Assembly (NCBI GenBank): GCA_964549305.1
Contig: CAZJVM010000014.1
Span: 1-49,074 of the forward strand
DNA: 49,074 nucleotides
Direction of reading: 5' to 3'
Source: an uncultured bacterium
GTDB lineage: Bacteria; Schekmanbacteria; GWA2-38-11; J061
This document shows positions 8,277-17,139 of this stretch, piece by piece. Below the pieces are notes generated by a model. The model was not told the DNA's origin, searched no databases, and saw only the letters and a list, made by a program, of their open reading frames with translations. The position numbers and the translations under genes are program-made. Within the stretch, counting starts at the first letter, position 1; each line of letters opens with the position of its first letter.

Positions 8277-9950
8277 ATGAAAAAGATATTTTTAATCGCA
8301 CTGCTGACAATGATTATTTTTACCGGTTGCAGAAAACCCTCCTACTGGCTTATGGAAGCTAAAATGGCTGAAGTTAACGGAGACGTGATTACTTTTGAGG
8401 ATATGAAGCGTAGTTTTGAAAAAGGACACGGAGGGCACGGCGCTTTCCTCGAAGACTATCAAATGAACAGGGATTACCTGCAGAAAGTTATCGATAAACA
8501 GCTTCTTGTACAGGAAGGGCTTAGAATAGGGCTTGATAATGATGAAGACATAAAAGGTATTATTGCCGATTCTTATAATTCTAAAATTTCTGAGCTGTTC
8601 TATACTGAGGAAATAGTTAAAAAAGTTGAAGTTTCCGAAGCTGAAATCAAGGAAGCATTCGAGAAAAGCAGAAATCTTTATAAAGTCCTTTATATCCTTG
8701 TAAAGGAGGAAGATGAAGCAAAGAAGGCGATTGAAAGAATCGAGGCAGGAGAGGATTTTGAAAAGGTTGCCGCAGAAGTTTCCATACACGATTCCAAAAA
8801 GCGCGGAGGTAAGCTTGGGTTTATAATGTGGGGCGTTATGGTTAAAGAGGTAGAGGATGTTGTTCTTACAATGAATGAAGGTGAAATGAAAGGGCCTATT
8901 AAAACAAAGGACGGATGGGCAGTAGTGAAGGTCATTGCAGTAGAGCCTCAGGACGAGGTTGAATACGAAAAAGTAAGGGAAGAGCTTAAAAACAAGGTTT
9001 ATAACCGAAAACTTGAGAATTCGAAAATGGAGTATTTTGACAGTGCGAAGAAGAGATATAATGTTGAAATATTCGAATCGAAAATAAATCCTGAACTCTT
9101 TATCGGTGATGAAAATAATGACGAGATGATTCTGGCGTCGGGCGAAGGTTTAAAATTAAGCGTCGCGGATTTGAAAAAACTTATAAACTTCAAGAAACTA
9201 AATAAATTCCCTTATGAGGAAAAAGCTAAAATCGTTAAGGAATTTTTAAACAATTCGGTCGAGAATAAACTTCTTGTTCTTGATGCGGAAAGCAAGGGAT
9301 ATGATAAAAGGGATGAAATTGTAACTTATGTGAGGCGCATAAGAGATTCGCTTATTACAAAAAAACTGCTTGCTACAATTGTTTCAAGAGACCTTGAGGT
9401 GACTGAAGAGGATATTAAATCGTTCTATGATGAACATAAGGATAAATACAGGTTGATTGAGAAAGTTTTTCTCAATGTCATAGTTGTTGACAGTGAAGAG
9501 AAGGCAGAGGAAATAAAAAAGCAGATTGAAGAAGAGGCAGTTGATTTTGCAGAAATTGCAATAAAAGAGTCAAAAGATTCTTCAGGTGTAAACGGAGGAC
9601 AGGTTGGTTGGTTTTCAAGAAAAGAGTTAAGGCCTTCCGTAGTTGATATGATTTTTTCACTGAAGGAGAATAAAATCGGAATTGCTAAAGAAGAAGATGG
9701 AGTTTATATTTTGATGGTTTCAAAGAGGCAGGAGGAAAGACAGCAGGAATTTGATGAAGTTAAACCTAAAGTTAAAAAAGACGCTTACAAGAAAAAATAT
9801 AATGATAACCTCAAAAAATGGACTCAGAAACTTAGAGAAACTGCTGAGATAAACATTCATAATTGGAGTCTTAAGAAAGCGACAAAAGTTTACGTGAAAG
9901 AAAATTATGATAAGAAAGAAAAGATGAAGAAAATGGGGGGTGGGCATTAG
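8277..9950 (+). CDS. SurA/PrsA-like foldase lipoprotein with two PpiC rotamase domains (OscH-like)
   Basis: Lipobox FTGC. Two parvulin signatures: FEKVAAEVS.HDSKKRGGKLG and FAEIAIKESKDSSGVNGGQVGW. Confidence 0.88.
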   Translation: MKKIFLIALLTMIIFTGCRKPSYWLMEAKMAEVNGDVITFEDMKRSFEKGHGGHGAFLEDYQMNRDYLQKVIDKQLLVQEGLRIGLDNDEDIKGIIADSYNSKISELFYTEEIVKKVEVSEAEIKEAFEKSRNLYKVLYILVKEEDEAKKAIERIEAGEDFEKVAAEVSIHDSKKRGGKLGFIMWGVMVKEVEDVVLTMNEGEMKGPIKTKDGWAVVKVIAVEPQDEVEYEKVREELKNKVYNRKLENSKMEYFDSAKKRYNVEIFESKINPELFIGDENNDEMILASGEGLKLSVADLKKLINFKKLNKFPYEEKAKIVKEFLNNSVENKLLVLDAESKGYDKRDEIVTYVRRIRDSLITKKLLATIVSRDLEVTEEDIKSFYDEHKDKYRLIEKVFLNVIVVDSEEKAEEIKKQIEEEAVDFAEIAIKESKDSSGVNGGQVGWFSRKELRPSVVDMIFSLKENKIGIAKEEDGVYILMVSKRQEERQQEFDEVKPKVKKDAYKKKYNDNLKKWTQKLRETAEINIHNWSLKKATKVYVKENYDKKEKMKKMGGGH

Positions 9951-9951
9951 A

Positions 9952-11967
9952 ATGAAAAATAATTTAGAGAAATTTAAAGGAGTTGTTTATTTGATAATAG
10001 TTGTTGCGGGATTTTCACTAATTCTTTCTTCCTGCACCGGAGGCAAGAGGAGGCGGGCAAAGAGGTTTGCTCCGAAGTCCTGCATTGACGCGGGATGCCA
10101 TCCCACAAAACTTGCGGAATATACTGCAAAGCCCTTTGTGCACAGCCCTTTAAATGATAAAAAATGCGAATCCTGCCATAAAAAACACGGGCTTGTAGGT
10201 GCTGTAATTCTTGTAAAGGAAAAAAATGAAGAATTATGTTACTCCTGCCACAGCGAGGAAAATGTAAATTTTAAAGCGAAACAGTATGCCCATAAACCGA
10301 TAAAGGAAGGCGAATGTCTTAAATGTCACACCCCTCACTCAGCGGATAATAAGGCTCTGCTCAAAACTTCGGAGCTTGAATCCTGTTTTCAATGCCACGA
10401 AAAGAGTAATTTCGAGGGAAATGTGAAGCACGAACCTTTAAACAAGTCCTGTCTCGATTGCCATGACCCTCATTCATCGAACAACCTTTACGGATTGAGA
10501 GAGGATACAAAAACTCTTTGTCAGAAATGTCATGATGCTGATAGTGCCAGAATCAAAGACACTCATTACGGGTATTCGCTAAAAGGGACTGATTGTACCA
10601 CCTGTCATACACCTCACGCATCGGATAAGAAAGCTTTGCCGAGAAGGTATTTTCATCCGGCAATGGAATTTAATGATTGCAATGTATGCCATAACGAGAA
10701 AAATTCTTCAGACCCTATAGGAGTGAAAGAAGCACAGCCGGATTTATGCCTGCAGTGCCATTCAACTGATAAGGTTGGCGAATCAAAGAGAATTACCGAT
10801 GAGACCTTTAACAAAAATGTTGTTCATCCTGCCTTTGCCGATGAAAACTGTACTTTCTGCCATTCACCGCACGCAAGTGACTATCCGGGCAGATTTGTGT
10901 CTAAACAGAAGGATGTATGCTTCCAGTGTCACGATGATATACAGGAGTTATACGAAAAGAAATATTCACACCTTAAAATAGAAGATATTGTTTGCAGTGA
11001 CTGCCACGAACCACATGCTTCGGATAACACCTTCAGGCTTCGTGAAGAGGAAAATGAAGTATGCTTTCAGTGTCACGATGACAAAAAGGATATTCTGGAA
11101 AATGCCGGTACCATTCATCCGGGATATGTCGATGAACCTTGCACAACCTGTCACAATCCTCATGGCACCGATTATAAGAGTTTTGTTAAATCCGATTTAA
11201 ATACACTCTGTTTTGAGTGTCACGATACTGAAGGATTTGAAGAAATATTCAAGCATAAACCCGTAAGAGAGGGACAATGTACGGAATGTCACAATCCTCA
11301 CGGAAACGATAACACAACACTTCTCAGGGAATATCCGCCTGACCTGTGTAAAAAGTGCCACAGCAAGCTTTTTGTAAGGATGCAGGGACTTGACCAGCGC
11401 CATCCTCCTTTTGATGATGGAGAGTGCTTGACCTGCCATCTCCCGCACTCGAGCAGGATAAGCGCCAGTCTTTTGTCGGATAAGATGCCGCAGGTATGCG
11501 ACCAGTGTCATGATTTTGTTTCAGAAGGGAATGCGTCAACGAGTTTTCACGAGCCGGTTAAGGAAAGCTGTATCCTCTGCCACGACCCTCACGGGAGTGC
11601 AAACGGCAGACAGCTAAAAACGACAGGAAATGATTTGTGCCTTTCCTGCCATACGGAAAAGAAAGAGCTGATAGAAAATAAAGAGGCAACGATTCATACA
11701 GCGGTTGCAGGTGGTGAATGCCTTGACTGTCATGTGCCTCATTTTTCTGATAATCCCAAACTGCTCTCGGAAAATGTTCCGGCGCTTTGCAGCAATTGCC
11801 ATGATTTTGCCGATGAATATCTCGTTGAAAAACATAGGAATATAGATATAAGTGAAAGCAAGTGTACCGGATGTCATGACCCGCACGGTTCAATGGACAG
11901 AAAACTTTTTAAAGAAAACCAGCACAAACCTTTTGCCGAAAGGTCTTGTGATTCGTGTCACGAATAA
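9952..11967 (+). CDS. 26-heme cytochrome c lipoprotein (25 CxxCH plus one CX4CH; OscI-like)
   Basis: Lipobox LSSC. Motifs counted by hand. Paired-CxxCH repeats of the form H.P....CxxCH.PH...LCxxCH. ATG at 9952 follows the upstream stop directly. Confidence 0.92.
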   Translation: MKNNLEKFKGVVYLIIVVAGFSLILSSCTGGKRRRAKRFAPKSCIDAGCHPTKLAEYTAKPFVHSPLNDKKCESCHKKHGLVGAVILVKEKNEELCYSCHSEENVNFKAKQYAHKPIKEGECLKCHTPHSADNKALLKTSELESCFQCHEKSNFEGNVKHEPLNKSCLDCHDPHSSNNLYGLREDTKTLCQKCHDADSARIKDTHYGYSLKGTDCTTCHTPHASDKKALPRRYFHPAMEFNDCNVCHNEKNSSDPIGVKEAQPDLCLQCHSTDKVGESKRITDETFNKNVVHPAFADENCTFCHSPHASDYPGRFVSKQKDVCFQCHDDIQELYEKKYSHLKIEDIVCSDCHEPHASDNTFRLREEENEVCFQCHDDKKDILENAGTIHPGYVDEPCTTCHNPHGTDYKSFVKSDLNTLCFECHDTEGFEEIFKHKPVREGQCTECHNPHGNDNTTLLREYPPDLCKKCHSKLFVRMQGLDQRHPPFDDGECLTCHLPHSSRISASLLSDKMPQVCDQCHDFVSEGNASTSFHEPVKESCILCHDPHGSANGRQLKTTGNDLCLSCHTEKKELIENKEATIHTAVAGGECLDCHVPHFSDNPKLLSENVPALCSNCHDFADEYLVEKHRNIDISESKCTGCHDPHGSMDRKLFKENQHKPFAERSCDSCHE

Positions 11968-11976
11968 CTTAGGAGA

Positions 11977-13281
11977 ATGATTAAAATAATGGCTTTGCTG
12001 AGGAATAAGAAAATGAAGAAAACGAGAAATGCTTTATCGTATTTGGTGTTGTTGTTGATTCCTTGTATGTTTTTTGTTTTGAGCTCCGCGGATATTTCGC
12101 AGGGAAAAGTGAAACTCAAAAATAAGGGCTCTAAGTTATGTTTTACATGCCATGACAAGATGAAAATAAAACTTAAAGCGAAAAAATATCTGCATAATCC
12201 TGTTAAAAGGGGAGAGTGCGAAAAATGTCACAATCCACATACATCGGTTGACACCAAGCTTCTGAATGTAAAATCTGATGAACTATGCCTGAGTTGCCAC
12301 ACTGAAAAGAAGGCGGAATTTAATGATACGACTGTTCACCCTCCGGTCAGGGAAGGAAATTGTCTTGCTTGTCACGATCCTCATGGGGCGTCAAACAAAT
12401 TTTTTCTCAAAAAAATGGGAAGTGACTTGTGCTTTAATTGTCATGTTGACTTTAAATTAGTGGATCTTTCATCTACACATCCTCCTTTTAAACTTGGACA
12501 GTGCCTTAAGTGCCATAACCCTCATGCTTCAAAAGAAAAATCATTATTGAAAAAAGCGCCGAGAGAACTTTGCCGTTCCTGTCATAATATAGGAAGCAGT
12601 GCACTAAGATCAAAGCACTGGAAAGTTAATCTTAAAGAGGTTAACTGTACTTTTTGTCATGACCCTCACGGCGCGAAGAATTTAAACCTTGTTAAAGATT
12701 ATGTGCATCCGCCTTTTGAAGACCGTGAATGTGATGCCTGTCACTCTAATTTGGCGAAAGACCCGCAGTTGTTTGTCGAAGAGGGGAAAGATTTATGCCT
12801 GCAGTGTCATGGAGAAAAGGAATCAATTTATGATGATAAAGTAATTCATCCTCCTGTTGCTGACGGAGATTGTGTCGCCTGTCATACCCCGCATGCTTCG
12901 AATTATGAAAAATTGCTTGTCAGGGGCGAAAGGGAAATGTGTCTTGATTGTCATACCGAAAAGAGAAGTCAGTTTGTTAACACCAAATATTCACACCCTG
13001 CAGACGCAGGCGGTGGAAAGTGCACAATTTGTCACACTCCTCATTCATCACAGGGCAGATATCTCTTTAAAGGTGAAATCCTCTCTGTTTGTGAAACCTG
13101 CCATAAAACGCAGGGAACATTTACACATCCCGTGGGAGTGGGGATAATTGACCCGAGAGACAAGACTTCACAGGTGACCTGTATTTCCTGCCACGATGTT
13201 CATGGTACTAACTATGAATATTTTCTCAGGGGTGAAAGGAAGAGAGACCTTTGCGTAATGTGTCACCAGAGTGCGGGATAG
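11977..13281 (+). CDS. 16-heme periplasmic cytochrome c (OscJ-like)
   Basis: AGGAG RBS, signal peptide, and 16 CxxCH motifs counted in paired-CxxCH repeats. Confidence 0.92.
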   Translation: MIKIMALLRNKKMKKTRNALSYLVLLLIPCMFFVLSSADISQGKVKLKNKGSKLCFTCHDKMKIKLKAKKYLHNPVKRGECEKCHNPHTSVDTKLLNVKSDELCLSCHTEKKAEFNDTTVHPPVREGNCLACHDPHGASNKFFLKKMGSDLCFNCHVDFKLVDLSSTHPPFKLGQCLKCHNPHASKEKSLLKKAPRELCRSCHNIGSSALRSKHWKVNLKEVNCTFCHDPHGAKNLNLVKDYVHPPFEDRECDACHSNLAKDPQLFVEEGKDLCLQCHGEKESIYDDKVIHPPVADGDCVACHTPHASNYEKLLVRGEREMCLDCHTEKRSQFVNTKYSHPADAGGGKCTICHTPHSSQGRYLFKGEILSVCETCHKTQGTFTHPVGVGIIDPRDKTSQVTCISCHDVHGTNYEYFLRGERKRDLCVMCHQSAG

Positions 13282-13332
13282 AATATAATCAGATTTAAGT
13301 ATTTGTTTTATTGTGAAATATCCAATATAGCT

Positions 13333-13373
13333 ATAGTCGGCAGTTTTTTTTCTGCCGGCTATTCTTCTTTTTT
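13333..13373 (+). terminator. Probable intrinsic terminator closing the cytochrome cluster
   Basis: Stem ATAGTCGGCAG / CTGCCGGCTAT (one G-U pair) followed by TCTTCTTTTTT. Confidence 0.65.
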
Positions 13374-13392
13374 CTCACTTATTTCTTCCTGT

Positions 13393-13472
13393 TGTCGGTT
13401 TTTTGAACACAAATTCTTTAATAAAATCAATTAGTTAATTGTTGAATAATAAAAGTGTCTAAAAATCTGACA
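13393..13472 (+). promoter_or_regulatory. Paired 17-bp enhancer-like boxes with an intervening IHF consensus site
   Basis: TGTCGGTTTTTTGAACA (13393-13409) and TGTCTAAAAATCTGACA (13456-13472), starts 63 bp apart. AATCAATTAGTTA (13425-13437) matches WATCAANNNNTTR. Confidence 0.7.
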
Positions 13473-13591
13473 CTTTATCTTAAAAGAGGACAAAATAACT
13501 CCTGTTTAAAAACAATGAACATATATGGTGAACATAATTTTATCATATAAATCAAAGAGATATAAAAATATTATTCGTTATATTATTGACG

Positions 13592-13607
13592 TGGCACGAT
13601 TATTGCA
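13592..13607 (+). promoter_or_regulatory. Sigma-54 (-24/-12) promoter
   Basis: TGGCACGATTATTGCA matches TGGCACG-N4-TTGCW and lies 57 bp upstream of the PEP-CTERM start codon. Confidence 0.9.
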
Positions 13608-13664
13608 TATGTCACAGTTACAGATAAAAGTGTCTTAATTAAAAACTTAAAGCAGGAGAGAAAA

Positions 13665-14504
13665 ATGAAAAAAACTATTTTAACTTTTACGATAGTCGCC
13701 TTGGCGGTTTTTTTATCGGCGAGCTTTAATTTTGCAAATGCAACAATTCTTGGGAATCATTTTGGAGTCACATTGAGTGTTGATAGTAACGGTTCATTCG
13801 ATAATTCATGGATACCAACCCCTTCAACGGCAGACTATGTAACAGGCGACTGGAAGTCAACTTCGGGGGCACCCAATCCGTCTCCCCATGGGACACAAGG
13901 AGAAGCCTTTGATGTAGAAGCGATTTATATCGATGATGCGGGAACAGATTTTCTCTTTGCAATCGTTACATCAATTCCCGAGGCAGGTTATGATGGAGCA
14001 GACTTTGGTTGGTCGGGATATCACTTCAATCCCGGTGATATTCGCATTGATGCCGGAGGAGGCAAATATGAATACGGTGTTAAAGTCACCGGAGCAAATC
14101 AGGGCGATATATTGAAAAATGCCACATGGAGTTACGATAAGGGAAACGCAGGTTATAAAAACGGATATCCGAATTCCGGTTCAACGATGTATAACAATAT
14201 GCATGTGGGGACTGGTTTAAAAACAGGTGATGTGACATCATTTGCCTATTATGATGCGCAGATTACAGAAAGAAATTATGGGACTTATGTGATTGAGGGA
14301 ATCATCTCAAAATCATCGCTTGGCAATCCGGGAAAGGGTTCGTCAATTGGATTGGAGTTTTCTCCTGACTGCAATAATGATTGGCTTTCTCTCACGGGAG
14401 ATATTGACGGTTCGTCTATTCCTGTTCCCGAGCCATCAACTTTTCTTCTTTTAGGCGGAAGTATTGGGATAGTTGTTCTTTTAAGAAAGAAGATTAAGTT
14501 GTAA
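13665..14504 (+). CDS. PEP-CTERM sorting-domain surface protein
   Basis: RBS AGGAG, signal peptide, and C-terminal VPEPSTFLLL + TM helix + RKKIK. Confidence 0.93.
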   Translation: MKKTILTFTIVALAVFLSASFNFANATILGNHFGVTLSVDSNGSFDNSWIPTPSTADYVTGDWKSTSGAPNPSPHGTQGEAFDVEAIYIDDAGTDFLFAIVTSIPEAGYDGADFGWSGYHFNPGDIRIDAGGGKYEYGVKVTGANQGDILKNATWSYDKGNAGYKNGYPNSGSTMYNNMHVGTGLKTGDVTSFAYYDAQITERNYGTYVIEGIISKSSLGNPGKGSSIGLEFSPDCNNDWLSLTGDIDGSSIPVPEPSTFLLLGGSIGIVVLLRKKIKL

Positions 14505-14538
14505 TATATTGTCCACTTGTGACGGGTTACTGAATTTC

Positions 14539-14568
14539 TTGACAAGGAAGTTATCCTTCCTGTAAAAT
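14539..14568 (+). promoter_or_regulatory. Sigma-70-type promoter for the mreB operon, with a palindrome in the spacer
   Basis: TTGACA-N18-TAAAAT. The spacer contains AGGAAG-ttatc-CTTCCT. Confidence 0.55.
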
Positions 14569-14597
14569 TCGTCTAAACGATAAAGATTATTTAATAA

Positions 14598-14621
14598 GGC
14601 GAGTCTTTTTTAAGACTCGCC
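14598..14621 (+). terminator. GC-rich hairpin (PEP-CTERM terminator or mreB leader structure)
   Basis: Perfect 10-bp stem GGCGAGTCTT / AAGACTCGCC followed by GATTTTACTTT. Confidence 0.5.
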
Positions 14622-14688
14622 GATTTTACTTTACGGTAAATATAAAATCTTTATTCTATAGGTAGATGATTTTTAGGGAATAAAAAAA

Positions 14689-15705
14689 ATGTCTTTCTTC
14701 CCCTTTTTTTTAAAGGATATTGCAATAGACCTAGGTACTGCCAATACTCTCATCTTTCTTAAAAACAGGGGCGTCATTATAAATGAGCCGTCTGTCATAG
14801 CCATTGAAAAATCATCGGGGAAACCTGTCGCATTCGGTAAAGAAGCAAAAAGAATGTTGGGAAAGGCACCACCTTCGATTGATGTTATAAGACCTATAAG
14901 AGACGGTGTCATCTCAAACCTTGAAGCTACTCTCCTGTTGCTTGAATACTTCATTCAAAAAGTCTACAACCGCAAATTTTTTTTAAATCCGAGAGTTGTC
15001 ATTTCTATACCTCTTGGAATTACATCGGTTGAAAGAAGAGCGCTCAAAGAGTCGGTGGAAGAAGCAGGTGCAAGCGAAGTTTATATAATTGAACAGCCTA
15101 TGGCAGCAGCAATAGGGGCAGGCCTTGCCGTGCAGGAACCCGCGGGAAGTATGATTGTCGATATCGGAGGAGGTACAACGGAAGTGGCGGTTATTGCTCT
15201 TGCAGGTATAGTTAACGGACGATCCCTTAGAGTTGCCGGTGATGAAATCGATACCGCAATTATAAATTTTGTAAAAAATAAATATAATATTCTCATCGGA
15301 GAGCAAATGGCCGAGAGAGTAAAGATAGAAATATGCTCCACTATAGGCAATGGCAGCAGCAATGAAATGCAGTTAAAAGGCAGGGGATTGATTGAAGGCT
15401 TGCCGATTACGGTAATAATCAGAAGAGAGGAGATTAAGGAAGCTTTGAAGGAGACGCTTTCCACAATAGTTAATTCGGTGCTTCAGACACTTGAAAACAC
15501 TCCTCCTGAACTTGCTTCCGATATAGTTGACAGGGGAATATATCTTGCCGGAGGAGGGGCGCTTCTTGACGGTATTCACGAGCTTATGAATCAGGAAACG
15601 GGCTTGCCTATATTTACTGCAAGCAATCCCCTTTCAGCGGTTGCTGAAGGTGCGGGAAAAGTACTCGATGAGATTGATTTGCTGAAAGAGATTTCTTTGG
15701 AATGA
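14689..15705 (+). CDS. mreB: MreB/Mbl-family actin-like protein (no mreCD adjacent)
   Basis: IAIDLGTANTL, MIVDIGGGTTEVA and GIYLAGGGALL motifs. Confidence 0.93.
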   Translation: MSFFPFFLKDIAIDLGTANTLIFLKNRGVIINEPSVIAIEKSSGKPVAFGKEAKRMLGKAPPSIDVIRPIRDGVISNLEATLLLLEYFIQKVYNRKFFLNPRVVISIPLGITSVERRALKESVEEAGASEVYIIEQPMAAAIGAGLAVQEPAGSMIVDIGGGTTEVAVIALAGIVNGRSLRVAGDEIDTAIINFVKNKYNILIGEQMAERVKIEICSTIGNGSSNEMQLKGRGLIEGLPITVIIRREEIKEALKETLSTIVNSVLQTLENTPPELASDIVDRGIYLAGGGALLDGIHELMNQETGLPIFTASNPLSAVAEGAGKVLDEIDLLKEISLE

Positions 15706-15733
15706 TTAAAAGTATTTAGGAGAATATTTTAAA

Positions 15734-16441
15734 ATGGAAAAGTTGATTCATTGCCGTAAATGCGGGAGATTGATGAAAAGAGAATTAGTTGACGGATGGA
15801 AAGCGAAACTTGTATGCAGTTGCGGATTTTCCGATTTTCAGGTTTTCTACGGTGTGACACGTTCTATGGCACCGGTGCTCATTAAGACTAAAAACAACAT
15901 AGCAAAAGATTCAAAGAAGAATATTGAAGTTGAATTCGAACATAGTATTTCTGAAAGAGAAAAAAATGAACTCAATGTCGTAAGACATCTTTCCGCACTT
16001 CTAATTTCCGGAAAAGAAGAGAGTGAGTTTATAAAAATACTATTGGATATAGTCTTCAAACAAATGAATGCAAAAACAGAGTCTCTTTATCTTATGGAAG
16101 ACGGAATGTTATGCCTTAGATATGGAAAGGGTATCAAAGAAGGGCTTATAAATAATGTGAAGTTAAAAATAGGCGAAGGAGTTGCGGGAAGAGCAGTTGA
16201 TAAAAAAGAAATTTTTTTGGTAGAAGACATTTCCGTAGATGAAAGATCAAAAAAAATAGACGGTATCGATGAGGAATCTTTGAAGGCCATGGCTGCTTTG
16301 CCTCTTATGAGTGAAAAGGGAGTGTTGGGTGTTTTGAACCTTAAAGTTTCAAGCAGAAAAATATTTCGCGAAGATGAAATAATTTTTATGTCCATTGTTG
16401 CAAACCTATTGTCGTTTTGGATTCAGCTTCATAAGAAGTAA
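15734..16441 (+). CDS. Zn-ribbon + GAF domain protein
   Basis: N-terminal CRKC...CSC. GAF features GEGVAGRA, ALPL, GVLGVLNL and F.EDE. Confidence 0.75.
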   Translation: MEKLIHCRKCGRLMKRELVDGWKAKLVCSCGFSDFQVFYGVTRSMAPVLIKTKNNIAKDSKKNIEVEFEHSISEREKNELNVVRHLSALLISGKEESEFIKILLDIVFKQMNAKTESLYLMEDGMLCLRYGKGIKEGLINNVKLKIGEGVAGRAVDKKEIFLVEDISVDERSKKIDGIDEESLKAMAALPLMSEKGVLGVLNLKVSSRKIFREDEIIFMSIVANLLSFWIQLHKK

Positions 16442-16476
16442 CAGCCCAACGATATATTCAACCTTAATTTTTTAAT

Positions 16477-17139
16477 ATGTTGGAATTCCAGACAGTTTTT
16501 TTTCGCATTTTTATTACAGCGATTCTTGCGGGAATTATAGGCATTGAAAGGGAAAGAAGAAATCAACCCGCAGGGTTCAGAACGCATATTATTCTCGGCA
16601 TCGGATCAGTTCTTACGATGCTTGTATCGATACATATGGCTGATATATATCCTCAGCATACAAATGACCCCGCCAGAATTGCCGCTCAGGTTGTTACGGG
16701 AGTGGGTTTTCTCGGTGCAGGTGCAATCCTGAGATTCGGAGCAAATGTAAAAGGCCTTACTACTGCGGCAAGTCTATGGACTACCGCCGTAATAGGGTTG
16801 GCAATCGGGAGCGGATATTATATAGGTGGAGGAATTGCCGCTTTTATAATAATACTTACCCTTACCGTACTGAATAAAGTTGAAAAATATTTTCTCGGCA
16901 GCAAAGGAGACAAAAGCCTTATTTTGTCAGCAGTAGAATCTAAGAACCTTCTCGGAGAAATAGAAAAAGTCCTTGCCAGCGAAGGCATTTCCGTTATAAA
17001 CATTAAGCTGTCCAAAAATACCCTTAACAGAGAAGTTGACATCAATGCTGTTATAAGAATTTCTCCCGATATAAATCCGTTCATCATTCAAAAGAGAATG
17101 TATGACATTGAAGGAGTAAACGAGGTAGAAATAAGATGA
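16477..17139 (+). CDS. MgtC/SapB family membrane protein with C-terminal ACT-like domain
   Basis: GIERE...PAGFRTH, DPARIAAQVVTGVGFLGAGAI and GLTTAASLW motifs. Confidence 0.92.
   Translation: MLEFQTVFFRIFITAILAGIIGIERERRNQPAGFRTHIILGIGSVLTMLVSIHMADIYPQHTNDPARIAAQVVTGVGFLGAGAILRFGANVKGLTTAASLWTTAVIGLAIGSGYYIGGGIAAFIIILTLTVLNKVEKYFLGSKGDKSLILSAVESKNLLGEIEKVLASEGISVINIKLSKNTLNREVDINAVIRISPDINPFIIQKRMYDIEGVNEVEIR

Noticed and set aside
4384-13281. Standard MtrAB/PCC porin-cytochrome conduit interpretation
   Set aside because: Not excluded, but the barrel is accompanied by CsgG-like proteins, a dedicated foldase and OmcS-like genes, and is not adjacent to an MtrA-type periplasmic decaheme. An osc-type assembly system fits better.
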